Positions 23,585-35,644 of a stretch of DNA of 48,008 bases are shown here, one piece after another. The notes below the pieces were generated by a model that had not been told where the DNA came from, did not search any database, and saw only the letters and a list, made by a program, of their open reading frames with translations. The first letter of the stretch is position 1, and every line of letters starts with the position of its first letter. The stretch covers positions 5,263,505-5,311,512 of the forward strand of contig NC_057753.1 in the NCBI RefSeq assembly GCF_004010195.1, in the 5' to 3' direction. Origin of the DNA: Chiloscyllium plagiosum (taxonomy: Eukaryota). The translations under genes and the position numbers were made by a program.

Positions 23585-23783
23585 AAGACTGTGGCGCAGG
23601 AAAAGCACAGCTGGTCAGGCAGCGTCCGAGGAGCAGGAGAGTCGACCGAGATTCCTGATGAAGAGCTTATGCATGAAACGTCGACTCTCCTGCTCCTCGG
23701 ATACTGTCTGACTGGCTGTACTTTTCCAGCGCTGTACGTTTCGCCTCTGAACTCTCCAGCATCTGCAGTCCTCCCTTTCTCCT
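23585..23783 (+). mobile_element. Palindromic Penelope pLTR-only element
   Basis: Inverted arms around ctgatga-agagcttatgcat-gaaac-gtc (23655-23682); ends ctccagcatctgcagtcctccctttctcct. Confidence 0.8.
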
Positions 23784-24336
23784 AATCGGTGTTTCGTTTT
23801 TGCACATATTGTGAGGGTTAAATTTCCTCTCCGCTTTGGCTGGCTTGCTGCAGAATAGCGAGGGGAGTGACCAATCAAGAGACAATCCTGATCTGTGCTG
23901 GTTCCTGCTCTCTCCAAGGTTGATTCCCCAGTGCACAGGTGTGTGTGTGTGTGTTTGTTGTGGGGGAAGACTCGCTGAGTGAACCATGAACATTATACAG
24001 AATCCCAATCTTTTCGGATAAATTGTTTGAAAATATTAATAGAAGTGACCTATCAAAGGTAAAATCAGAAAGGACAAATCGGGTTATCACACAAGGAGGA
24101 AGAAACACATGAAGGTGAGGGGAGGGAATGAAGCAACCACGGCCCACAAGAGAGGTCAGGGACGGTATAAAAGCAAGAGTACAGTGTGGTGACAGTTAGA
24201 GGACTGGGAAGCATTTAAAAACTAGCAGATAACTCAAAAAGCACTAAGTGGGGAGAAGATGAAATATGAGGGGAAGCTAGCGAGAAATAGAAAAGAAGAT
24301 TTGCAAGAGATTTTTGTTTAGATATGTAAAAGATAA

Positions 24337-26307
24337 TATAGAACGTTACAGCGCAGTACAGACCCTTCGGCCCTCGAATGTTGCGCACACCTGTGTAATT
24401 AATCTGATGCCCATCTCACCTCCACCGTTCCGTTATTATCCATATGTCCAATGCCCATTTAAATGCCCTTAATGTCGGCGAGTCTACTACTGTTGCAGGC
24501 AGCCTGTTCCATACCCCCTACTACCCTCTAAGTAAAGAAACTACCTTTGATATCTCACCTATATCACCTCTCAATTTAAAGCTATGTTCCTTCATGCTAG
24601 CCATCGCCATCTGAGGAAAAAGGCTCTCACTGTCCACCCTGTCTAACCCTCTGATTATCTTATATGTCTCAGTTAAGTCACTTCTCAACCTCCTTCTCTC
24701 CAATAAAACAGCCTCGGTTCCCTCAGCCTTTCCTCGTAAGACCTTCCTTCCGTACCAGGCAACATCCTGGTAAATCTCCTTTGAACCCTTTCCAAAGCTT
24801 CCACATCCTTCCTATAATGCAGTGACCAGAACTGCATAGAATACTCCAAGTCTGGTCTTACCAGTGTCTTGTACAGCTGAAGCATAACCTCATGGCTCTG
24901 AAACTCAATCCAATAAAAACAGCCTCGGTTCCCTCAGCCTTTCCTCGTAAGACCTTCCTTCCGTACCAGGCAACATCCTGGTAAATCTCCTTTGAACCCT
25001 TTCCAAAGCTTCCACATCCTTTCTATAATGCAGTGACCAGAACTGCATAGAATACTCCAAGTCTAGTCTTACCAGTGTCTTGTACAGCTGAAGCATAACC
25101 TCGTGGCTCTGAAACTCAATCCCCCTACCATTAAATGCCTTCTTAACAGCCCTTTCAACCTGGGTGGCAACTTTCGGGGATTTATGCAGCTGTACACCAA
25201 GGTCTCTCTTTCATCTACACTGCCAAGAAGTTTACCATTCGCCCAGTACTCTGCATTCCTGTTACTTCTTCCAAAGTGAACTACCTCACACTTTTCCACA
25301 TTAAACCCTATTTGCCAATTCTCAGCCCAGCTCTGCATCTTATCTATGTCCCTCTGTAACCCACGACATCCTTCGGCACTGTCCACAACTCTGCCTACCT
25401 TAGTGTCATCTGCAAGTTTACTAACGCCCACACCCAGGTCATTTATAAAAATGACAAACAGCAGTGGCCCCAAAACAGATCCCTGTGGTACACCACTGGT
25501 AACTGAGCTCCAGGATGAACATTTCCCATCAACCACCACCCTCTGTCTTCTTTCAGCTAGCCAATTTCTGATCCAAACTGCTAAATCACCTTCAATCCCA
25601 AAACTCTGTATTTTGTGCAATAGCCTACCGTGTGGAACCTTATCAAACGCCTCACTGAAATCCATATACACCACATCAACCTTCATCCACCTGTTTTGTC
25701 ACCTTCTCAAAGAACTCAATAAGTTAGTTAGGCATGACCTACCTTCACTATCCCGAATCAAATTATTCCTTTCCAGGCGATTATAAATCCTATCTCTTAT
25801 AAACTTTTCCAACCACCAAAGTAAGGCTCACTGGCTTATAATTCCCAGGGTTGTCCCGACTCCCCTCCTTAAACAAGGGAACAACATTTGCTATCCTCCA
25901 GTCTTCTGGCACTACTCCTGTCGACAATAACGACATAAAGATCAAAGCCAAAGGCTCTGCAATCTCCTTCTTGGCTTCCCAGAGAATCTGAGGATAAACC
26001 CCATCCAGCTCAGGCTCTTATCTATTTTTAGATCTTCCAAATTTGCTAAAACCTCCTCTTTGTCAACTGCAATCCCATCTCATCTAGTAGCCTGTATCTC
26101 TGCATTCTCACTAACATTGCCCTTTTCCGATGTGAATACTGACGAAAAATGTTCATTAAGTGCTTTCCCTATGTCCTCTTGTCTTTGATTTGCCCTAATT
26201 CTGTTCTAGTCATTCTCTTATTCCTGGTATATCTATAGAAGGCCTTAGGCTTTTCCTTGATCCGATTCACTAACAACTTCTCATGTCCCCTCCTGGCTCC
26301 TCTTAGG
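24337..26307 (-). mobile_element. CR1 ORF2 3' half with an internal ~210-bp tandem duplication
   Basis: [33 protein letters not shown]. Duplicated segments start at ~24700 and ~24910. Confidence 0.92.
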
Positions 26308-26309
26308 CA

Positions 26310-26857
26310 AGAGTGGACAGTGAGGCTGGTGAAATAGCGTTTGGGACAAAGACTTTAGTCACATGGGCCAAATGGGCTGAGGAGTGACAGACAGAGATTC
26401 AGATAAACGTGAGGTGTGTATTTTGGTAAGGCTGACCAGGGTAGGACTTATACAATTGATGGTAGGGACCTGGTGGGGGGTGTCACTGGCAAAACAGGCC
26501 CAGGGGTGCAGCTACATGGCTCCTTGAAAGTGGATAGATCAGGTGGTGAAGAAGGCGATTGGCACGCTTACCGTCATTGGTCAGAACACTGAGTAAAGGA
26601 GTTGGGATGTCACGTGGCAACTGTGCAAGACATCGATGAGGCCACTGTTCGAATGCTGTGTACAATTCTGGTTGACCTCCTGTAGGAAAGGTGTTGCTAA
26701 ACTTGAGAGGGTGCAGTAATGATTTACAAAGAATGTTGTCGGGACTGGAGAGCTTGAATTATAGGGAGAGGCTGAATAGGCTGGGGCTGTTTTCCCTGGA
26801 TTGTCAGGGGCTGAGGGGTGCCCTTGTAGAGGTTTACGAAACCATGAGGAGCATGGA
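26310..26857 (+). mobile_element. Older CR1 ORF2 C-terminal fragment
   Basis: Remnants of RPLFECCVQFW, LERVQ and LFSL..LRG.LVEVY. Confidence 0.75.
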
Positions 26858-27340
26858 GTGACTTGTCTAACTTGCTCAAAGAATTCTAATAGCTTTGTCA
26901 GCCATGCCTTCCCCTTGATGAATCTGTGCTAACTCAGTCCTATTTTACCATGCACTTCTAAGTACTCTGCAGTCTCAACCTTAATAATGGACTGTAAAAT
27001 CTGATCGACAACAAACTGGTCTACAAGGTTTCTGTCTTCTGCCTCTCTCCATTCTTAAACAGGGGCGTTGCATTCGCCATTTTCCAGTCCTCTGGGACCC
27101 TCCCTGAATCCAGTGATTCCTGAAAGATCACTACCAATGCCTCCACAGCTATTCCCTTCAGAACTCTGCGGTCTGGTACAGGTGATTTTTCCAACTTCAG
27201 ACCTTTCAGCTTCCACCTTCTCCATGTTAATGCCCACTACGCTCACCTTTGCCCCCCCGATTCTGTCGAAGTTCTGGTATGCTACTTGTGCCTTCCACTG
27301 TGAAAACTGATGCAAAGCACTTTTTTCAGTTCCCCCACCA
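26858..27340 (-). mobile_element. Older CR1 ORF2 central fragment
   Basis: Remnants of PEDWKMANATPLFK and HGFIKGK.C.T on the minus strand. Confidence 0.7.
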
Positions 27341-27467
27341 TTTATAGTCATTGAATCATAAGAGTCATTCAACACGGAAAACAGACCCTCTGGTCCAGCT
27401 CATTCGCACTGACCAGACATCCCGATCTGACCACGTCTCATTTGCCAGCATTTGTCCCATCTCCCTC

Positions 27468-28338
27468 TGAAGATCTGGACCCCTCGGTGTGGGGTGGGGT
27501 CTCTCTGCACTGTGATTGATCAATAAGCACTGTCAATCATTCTGGTCCTTTCAGACTTCACTTTCTATTTCTTCATACGGTTGGGCACAGATCGTTAAGA
27601 AACACAGTGGTTGTGTACTTCCGTATTCCTTGGAGGAGCTGCACATATGATTTAAAACATGGACATCTTTATACTTTTCTTAAAGCAAGGTACAGGCCAT
27701 GATCGTATAGTACATTCAGACAATTTACCAATCAATTTACAATATCGCTTTATTTGACCATTGCTTGGTCCAGTGATATTTCCTGGGAACCAACTTTGTT
27801 TTCGAACAGGTAAAAGCAATGACTGCAGATGCTGGAAACCAGATTCTGGATTAGTGGTGCTGGAAGAGCACAGCAGTTCAGGCAGCATCCGAGGGGCAGT
27901 AAAGTTGATTTTACTGCCCCTCAGATGCTGCCTGAACTGCTGTGCTCTTCCAGCACCACTAATCCAGAATTTGTTTTCCAGCAGTTAGGCCACCCTTATC
28001 TCACTAACCGAGCCACTGCACCTGCATTTGAAGGTCAGTTAGGCTGGCCAGTAATGTCTGACCTCATCTAGTTATTTCTATGCTGTAAAGGGAGCATTGC
28101 CTGCTAATCTCTATCGAAGCAGACATGGTTAGTTAATTGTGCAGCTATAGCAGAATTAAAAGCCATTTTATGCAGCTTTTAGCAGAATTGTCAATTTGCA
28201 GCCTGGAAGCCATTTTGTCATATTATTTGCATTGAGAAGCCATTTTATTGCCACCTAAGTTATTTAAGAGCTTGTGTTAAGCGGTTGTTCCTGACAACAA
28301 CTAGTTACCTCAGCCTGCATTCAGGTTTCAGATGCTCA
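27468..28338 (-). repeat. 3' LTR of the ERV
   Basis: TG...CA ends (tgaagatctg ... cagatgctca); homologous to 33985-34826. Confidence 0.88.
27810..27983. mobile_element. Palindromic Penelope pLTR-derived element within the 3' LTR
   Basis: Near-perfect ~74-bp arms 27830-27903 / 27910-27983 with loop gttgat. Confidence 0.85.
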
Positions 28339-28694
28339 TAGAGTCATAGAGATGTACAGCACGGAAACAGACCTTTCGATCCAACCCGTCCATGCCAACC
28401 AGATATCCCAACCCAGTCTAGTCCCATCTGCCAGCACCCCACCCATATCCCTCCAAACCCTTTCTATTTATATACCCATCCAAATGTCTCTTAAATGTTG
28501 CAATTGTACCAGCCTCCATCACTTCCTCTGGCAGCTCATTCCATACCCGTACCACCCTCTGTGTGGAAAAAGGTGCCCCTTAGGTCTCTTTTATATCTTT
28601 CCCCTCTCACCCCTCTAGTTCTGGACTCCTCGTCCCCCAGGGAAAAGACTTTGTCTATTTACCCTATCCATGCCCCTCATAATCTTGTAAACCC
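28339..28694 (-). mobile_element. CR1 3' fragment inserted between the PPT and the 3' LTR
   Basis: Reverse tail tagagtcatagagatgtacagcacgg directly abuts the LTR end. Confidence 0.88.
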
Positions 28695-29309
28695 CTCTCC
28701 CCCCGCCTTGGTCATTCCATGACCACACCATAGGATGAGAGAGCATAGATTAGATCGGTCCAATCGAATGAATGTGAGAGGCTGCCATGCACCTTCCTCC
28801 TCCGAGAATGCTGGGGTAGGCAACCGCTCCTCCTCATCTTCATTTGGGCGGAAAATAAGTATTTTCTGGGGGGAGCCGATATTGTCAACAGAAGTTATTA
28901 GCTTGGCAATAATACATTTAACAGTAGCAATGCCAGCAAAGAGACAAGTTAAAATAACACCAACATACATAGCCAGATTTATCAACCAGTTGTAGCATGA
29001 GCCAAAAGCCCAATCTCCCCGTCCAGTGCCTTCTGTCATTTGACTGACGAAGACGCGGATGTTACCTACATGCTTGGTAATGTTCTCGATGAGGTCAGTA
29101 ACCCCCATCATGCATTTGCCCTTTGCTATGGCGCAAACCCCACCCTCTTTGGTGAGTAGGTAGTCGAGGGGGCACCGGTTTTGCTGGGAAAATAGATGTA
29201 ATTCTGAGAGTGTGTGCTTCACTCCTGCCAGGGCCGAGGCAGTCTCGTTGCCCAAGAGGGTATGGCCGCAAATAAGGTAGTTTGCGTTTTGATGGCTAAT
29301 AATTCCTGG
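28677..29309 (-). pseudogene. env: Retroviral env transmembrane subunit remnant (gamma-type)
   Basis: Heptad region, immunosuppressive domain QQNRCPLDYLLTKEGGVC, CX6C loop (CAIAKGKC), anchor WLINLAMYVGVILTCLFAGIATV. Frame stays open upstream to 29309; SU is missing. Confidence 0.88.
28696..28708 (-). other. Polypurine tract
   Basis: Minus strand aaggcgggggaga, between env and the (displaced) 3' LTR. Confidence 0.6.
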
Positions 29310-29319
29310 CTAATAACAT

Positions 29320-31090
29320 GAGTTAGGAAGCATGGACTGGGAGCAATTGTTCCATGGTAAAGGCACTATAGACATGTGGAGACTGTTTAAGGAACAGTTG
29401 TTGGCGAGTGATGAATAAATATGTCCCTCTGAGACAGGCAAGATGGGGTAAGATAAAGGAACCTTGGATGACGAGAGCGGTGGAGCTTCTCGTCAAAAGG
29501 AAGAAGGTAGCTTCCATGAGGTGGAGGAAGCTAGGGTCAAGCTCAGCTCTAGAAGGTCCTGAAGAAGTGCTTATGCCCGAAACGTCGATTCTCCTGTTCC
29601 CTGGATGCTGCCTGACCTGCTGCGCTTTTCCAGTAACACATTTTCAGCTCTAGAGGCTTACAGGCAGGCGAGGAAGGAGCTCAAAAGTGGTCTGAGGAGA
29701 GCCAGGAGGGGGGCACGAGAAAGGCTTGGCAGAACGGATTAGGGAGAACACAAAGGCATTTTACACTTATGTGAGGAATAAGAGAATGGTCAAAGAAAGA
29801 GGGCCGATCAGGGATAGCATAGGGAACTTGTGTGTGGAGTCTGAGGAGGTAGGGGAAGCCCTAAGTGAATTTTTTGCTTCTGTCTTTACGAAAGAAACAA
29901 ACTTTGTTGTGAATGAAACCTTTGAAGAGCAGGTATACATGCTGGAATGGATAGAGATAGAGGAAGCTGATGTGTTGAAAATTTTGTCAAACATTAAGAT
30001 TGACAAGTCGCCAGGCCCGAACCAGATTTGTCCTCGGCTGCTTTGGGAAACGAGAAATGCAATTGCTTCGCCACTTGCGAAGATCTTTGCATCCTTGCTC
30101 TCCACTGGAGTCCTATCTGAGGACTGGAGAGAGGCAAATGTAATTCCTCTCTTCAAGAAAGGAAATAGGGAAATCCCCGGCAATTACAGACCAGTAAGTC
30201 TCACGTCTGCAAGGTATTAGAAAGGATTCTGAGGGATAGGATTTATGACCATCTGGAAGAGCATGGCTTGATTAAATGCAGTCAACACAGCTTTGTGAGG
30301 GACGGGTCATGCCTCACAAACCTTATTGTGTTCTTTGAGGATGTGACTAGAAAAGTTGATGAGGGTCGAGCTGTGTATGTGGTGTATATGGACTTCCGCA
30401 AGGCATTTGATAAGGTTCCCCATGGTAGACTCATTCAGAAGGTCAGGAGGAATGGGATACAGGGGAACTTAGTTGTCTGGATACAGAATTGGCTGGCCAA
30501 CAGAAGACAGCGAGTGGTAGTAGAAGGAAAATATTCTGCCTGGAAGTCTGTGGTGAGTGGTGTTCCTTGGGCCTCAACTGTTTGTAATTTTTATTAATGA
30601 CTTGGATGAGGGGATTGAAGGAAGGGTCAGCAACTTTGCTGACGACACAAAGGTTGGTGGTGTCGTTGACAGTATAGAGGGCTGTTGTAGGCTACAGTGG
30701 GACATTGACAGGATGCAGAGATGGGCTTACACGTGGAAGATGGAGTTCAACCTGGATAAATGCGAGGTGATGCATTTTGGAAGGTCGAATTTGAAAGCTG
30801 AGTACAGGATTAAGGATAGGATTCTTGGAAGTGTGGAGGAACAGAGGGATCTTGGTGTGCAGGTACATAGATCCCTTAAAATGGCCACCCAAGTGGACAG
30901 GGTTGCTAAGAAAGCATATGGTATTTTGGCTTTCATTAACAGGGGGATTGAGAGAGGGGACCTAATTGAGGTGTACAAGATAATGAGAGGCATAGATAGA
31001 GTCGATAGCCAGAGACTATTTCCCAGGGCAGAAATGGCTAACACGAGGGGTCAGTTTTAAGCTGGTTGGAGGAAAGTATAGAGGGGATGT
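29320..31090 (+). mobile_element. CR1 ORF2 fragment inside the ERV
   Basis: KSPGPN, NYRPVSLTS, YMDFRKAFDKVPH, FADDTK. Confidence 0.92.
29555..29643 (+). mobile_element. Single short Penelope pLTR fragment with hammerhead motif
   Basis: Flanking direct repeat tcagctctaga (29543-29553, 29644-29654); ctgaaga-agtgcttatgccc-gaaac-gtc at 29559-29586. Confidence 0.85.
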
Positions 31091-31104
31091 TCTGTGCTAT
31101 GTTC

Positions 31105-31290
31105 TAACGCTATTAAGTTGGTAAGGCACAATCTCTCCTGCACAAAACCATGTTGCCTATCACGGATAAGCCCATTCGTTTCCAAATATAAATAGATTTT
31201 ATCCCTCAGTAGCTTCTCCAGCAACTTTCCAACCACTGATATCAGGCTCACTGGCCTGTAGTTATCTGGAATATCCCTACTACCCTTCTT
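31105..31290 (-). mobile_element. CR1 RT fragment
   Basis: SLISVVGKLLEKLLRDKI...QHGFVQERLCLTNL. Confidence 0.8.
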
Positions 31291-32812
31291 GTATTTGTTA
31301 GGGGCTCAGTGGGTATCCAAGAATAAAATCCCCATCCTCAAATAGGGTCGGTATGCCAGATGTAGGCTCAGGATTCCAAGTAGAATCTATGTTCTTTATT
31401 TTACAGCGTAGTTGCTTTAACCCTGTTTGTATATTCCTCAGTCTTAGTGGCCTTACACTGTTTCTCTTGTCCCTTTTACTTTATTCATCTACCCATTCAC
31501 AGTCAGCTACGAACACCTCCCAGCTTTTGGGAGTTTCACGCTCCATCCATATATACCTCCATCCCCCAATGACATGCAGAATTCCTTCAACTGGCCAGTA
31601 ATTCCTTCTATTCTGTAGTTAGCAATGAATTAATGCAGCCATGCTTCACATTACCCATGAGGCAATGAGGTAGGTCACTGACAATGTGTAAAGGAATCAA
31701 ACCAAGCGATCCTGCCAATTAATTCTGATTTTGTGATTCAGGGCTAATACAATCGATTATTAAAACATAACAAATAAGATAATCATTGTCTGTAATTCAG
31801 AGGTGGAAATTAAACAAGTGACTAAGACATTTTAAAAGTCATTTTAAACTGGAAATTCATTTATTCAGTATTCAATATTTAAAATGTAAAATGTATACAG
31901 TTTCCAACTCTGAAATCCATTGTAGTTACCTGGTTCGAGTCCCTTAATGTAAATCCCAGATTAGGTTCCTTAAGCGGTCCTGACCAGACATTGCTCATTT
32001 ACAACGCTATAGGCCGTGAAATGACTGCAGCTGCATTAAAAGGTCTTGTCTACTCACATGAGAACTAACAAACCTCTAATGCACGAATAATGGCCGAATC
32101 CAAAGACACAGATGTTAATTTTGTTACATGATTTATCACAGCCTAGTGTTGAACTGAAACTTCAGTTGTCATTGAGGGAGGGGAATTGATATAAAATAAA
32201 GCTACAACTGGCACACCATAATCACCAATGAAACACAGCAATCTTAAAATTAAGTGGAAACAAACGAGTCTGAGACAAAAATTAAATCTGCTAGTATCAT
32301 TTTCTGAAAACAATGCTATTGGTATTTTGGATCTATCTTTATACTTCCAGTTTTACAAAATTTAACTAAATTAAATAAGGTTCATGCAATTCCTCCACTC
32401 AATGAGCAAATGTTCAAGTCTGAAGTGATTTTCCTCAATGTTAGGTTTAGGTTATAACTAAAATTGAGCAGAGACCTGCCCTCATCCTGGAACAGATGAT
32501 TCTGCACCCGAGGCCCAGATTTCATGCTACTGCTTTGCTTCCTTTGGTCAATTCTTTCATTAGTACAACACGTCAGGGTGAGGGGGGTGAAAATGATCTT
32601 TGGCATTAGCATGAAATAATGGGGAATTTGAGAGCAAGTTTATACTGATGTCAAATGGTGCAGAATCAAAGGAGAAGAATTTTTAAATAAAGATTATAAT
32701 GTCGTCTTCCTCCGTATTAAACTGGTTTGAAATTAAATAAGGTTGGCTTTCACGTAAGCATAAAAGTGATTAGTTAGAAATTGACAGTAGGGCAGTCATG
32801 GCCTGTAAGAAG

Positions 32813-32928
32813 GGCTTTTGCCCGAAACGTCGATTTCTTGCTCCTCGGATGCTGCCTGACCTGCTGTGCTTTTCCAGCACCTCTCAAATCTTGACTCTAA
32901 TCTCGGGCATCTGCAGTACCCACTTCCA
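32813..32928 (+). mobile_element. Short Penelope pLTR fragment
   Basis: 17-bp TSD tcatggcctgtaagaag (32796-32812, 32929-32945); begins within the hammerhead (gggc-tttt-gccc-gaaac-gtc). Confidence 0.88.
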
Positions 32929-33668
32929 TCATGGCCTGTAAGAAGAACAGGGGTTAATATTTCATTTTGTAATCACTGGTGGATCCTTCCCCTTAAAAGA
33001 AATCATGTTAAATTCCCAAAATGCAAATCAAATTCAAAACAGTCCCAGATCTCAAGCTCCAGGGAACAGATCACAAACATTCAATCCCAAAAAGCAAATG
33101 TGCATTTAACTTTCTGCAAGCTTTCAGCGTTGATTCTCTCTCTCTCTCACTCACTTAGACACACACATGAACATTTTAAGGGTCCGAGGCATTGACATTC
33201 CAAAACAGTCAAAGTTAGGGAGTTTAGCCTCATAAATCCTGGCTGTGGCGCATTGCTGCTTAACCGAGTGTGCGAGAATTGTATCACTGGCCGGCTTTCT
33301 TTTTTAATGCGACAAAAGCAGCAGCCACCCTCTATATTTCACAAACAGAGAACAAACACCAAAACAAACAGGACAAAACCATAACAGACAGACAAGGCAA
33401 AGCAGCAAAGCAAGACAAGCCAAGCTGAACAGGTACAACAGAGAAAATAATCTCGACCTAAACCTTACACTAATCAACAACCCGGCAACAAGACTAATGA
33501 TTTCTGCAAAACATTCTCGACATTCTAAAACCCTGACAGTCTCTTTGTAATATATCGCGATACTTCTTTGTTATGTCTTTCACAGAATAATTTGAAAATC
33601 AATTTAGACAACGCCAATTTGACCAAATTTGAGTCCTCGACTCATTTGAAGTACATCCTTATGCAGAC

Positions 33669-33751
33669 CCCTGACCTGTTAGTGGGAGTCCCTGACTCTA
33701 TTTGGATCCTGATCTGCGGATCCCTAACCTGTTAGTGGGAGTCCCCGACTC
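33669..33751 (-). repeat. 30-bp direct repeat in the ERV leader
   Basis: ccctgacctgttagtgggagtccctgactc (33669-33698) and ccctaacctgttagtgggagtccccgactc (33722-33751). Confidence 0.85.
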
Positions 33752-33964
33752 GTTTTTAATCTTTTCTGATGAATTCTTACCAAGGCCGATCCTTCTCAGG
33801 CTGGACTGAGATAATAAGCAGCGAGGAGTCGAGTCAACTGCGACTTGAATGCGAGAAAAACCAAACAGAGAAAATACTCACATTTGGCCGGCCTTCCTCA
33901 ACACTCAATAGTGGAGGACTCAAGGCTGTTACACTGCTGCCCACAGTCCGTCAGTCTGTGCCGA

Positions 33965-33982
33965 GTCCGAGTCACAGCATCA
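33965..33982 (-). other. Primer-binding site, tRNA-His-like
   Basis: Minus strand TGATGCTGTGACTCGGAC vs tRNA-His complement TGGTGCCGTGACTCGGAT (15/18), 2 nt from the 5' LTR. Confidence 0.8.
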
Positions 33983-33984
33983 GA

Positions 33985-34826
33985 TAAGGATCTGGACCCG
34001 TCTGGGTTGGGGGTAGGGGTGGGGGGTCTCTCTATTCCGTGATCGGTCAATAACACTCACAATCAGTCTGGTTCTTTAAAACTTTATTTCTTCACACGGC
34101 CGGGCACAGATCGTCCAGAAACACAGTGGTCGTGTACATCCGTATTCCTCGAAGGAGCTGCACGCTTGACTTAAAACATAGACGTTTTTATATTTTTTCT
34201 CAAAGCAAGGTACAGGCCATGATCGTATAGTACATTCAGACAATTACCAGTCAATTTACGATATAGCTTTATTTGACCATTACTTGGTTCAGTGATTAGA
34301 TTAGATTAGATTACTTACAGTGTGGAAACAGGCCCTTCGGCCCAAGTCCACACCGACCCGCCGAAGCGTAACCCACCCAGACCCATTCTCCTACATTTAC
34401 CCCTTCACCTAACACTACGGGCAATTTAGCATGGCCAATTCACCTAACCCACACATTTTTGGACTGTGGGAGGAAACCCACGCAGACACAGGGAGAATGT
34501 GCAAACTCCACACAGAGAGTCGCCTGAGGCGGGAATTGAACCCGGGTCTCTGGCGCTGTGAGGCAGCAGTCCTAACCAACTTTATTTGCTAATCTCTATT
34601 GAAGCAGACTGTGGTTAGTTAATTATGCAACTATAACAGAATTAAAAGCCATTTTATGCAGCTTTTAGCAGAATTGTCAATTTGCAGCCTGGGGGAAGCC
34701 ATTTTGTCATATTATTTGCATTGAGGAGCCATTTTATTGCTGCTGAAGTTATTAAGAGCTTGTGTTAAGTGGTTGTTCCTGACAACAACTAGTTACCTCA
34801 GCCTGTATTCAGGTTTCAGATCCTCA
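33985..34826 (-). repeat. 5' LTR of the ERV
   Basis: Minus strand starts TGAGGATCTG; TATAAAA (34186-34192) precedes AATAAA (34083-34088) in U3-R-U5 order; interrupted by a SINE. Confidence 0.88.
34295..34578 (-). mobile_element. HE1-type SINE in the 5' LTR
   Basis: (attag)n tail followed by reverse SINE body; an adjacent LTR segment is missing relative to the 3' LTR. Confidence 0.9.
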
Positions 34827-35644
34827 CCTCTAAACCATTCTTATTGATATACCATCCTGATGCATTTTAAATGTTGTAATTGTACCAGCCTCCATCACTT
34901 CCTCTGGCAACTCGTTCCATACACGTATCACTCTCTGCATGAAAACGTTACCTTGTTAAATCTTGCCCCTCTCACCTTGAACCTGTGCCATATAGTTTTG
35001 GACTCACCTACCTTGTCGATTCATTTTATCCATGGCCCCTCATGATTTTATAAATGTCTATAAGGTCACCCCTCAGCCTCCGACAGTCCAAGGAAAATAG
35101 CCCCAGCCTATTCAGCCTCTCCTATAACTCAAACCTTTCAATTCTCACAACATCTTTGTAAATCTTCTCTGAACTCTTTCAAGTTTAACGTCTTTCCTAT
35201 TAGCAAGAAGACCAGAACTGAATGCAGTATTCCCAAAGTGGTCTAACCAATGTCCTACACAACCACAACATGACCTCCCAACTCCTATACTTAATGCACT
35301 GACCAATAAAGGCAAGCATACCAAATGCTGTCTTCACTATCCGATCTACCTGTGACTCCACTTCCAAGCAGCCATGAACCTCCACCCCAAGGTTGCTTTG
35401 TTTGGTGAACAAACTGTTCCGGACTCGGACGAGTTGGAGTTTCAGCAAGTGATTCCTAACTGTGACTTCCCATGGAATCTCGTGATGCTGTTTCCCCCTG
35501 GATTGGAAAACAGCATGTGAGAACCCGTGTCCGAATGTACCTTGTTGCCAAGGGGTGTGTTTATGGGATGTTAATGTAGTGGAACAGTTAATTAGTAATA
35601 GGTGCTGTATCTAATATTAAGATAAGTTTTCCAATAGTTAAGTT

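Larger units (their letters stand above)
27468..34826 (-). mobile_element. Defective endogenous retrovirus (class I, epsilon-like) with both LTRs
   Basis: Two colinear diverged LTRs, 4-bp TSD cctc (27464-27467, 34827-34830), PBS, PPT and env TM, all consistent with minus orientation. Confidence 0.88.
27342..35410 (-). mobile_element. CR1 3' fragment that is the ERV integration target (parts 27342-27467 and 34827-35410)
   Basis: ...tttgtcccatctccctc | taaaccattcttattgatatacc... rejoins the standard reverse CR1 tail (cf. cccatatccctccaaaccct at 28442). Confidence 0.85.

Noticed and set aside
31296..31683. Possible additional solo LTR (TG start, reverse AATAAA and TATA-like motifs)
   Set aside because: No TSD, no convincing end and no second copy in the window.
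31860..32340. Possible gag remnant in the ERV interior
   Set aside because: Manual translation of the two most open frames gave multiple stops and no MHR or CCHC motif.
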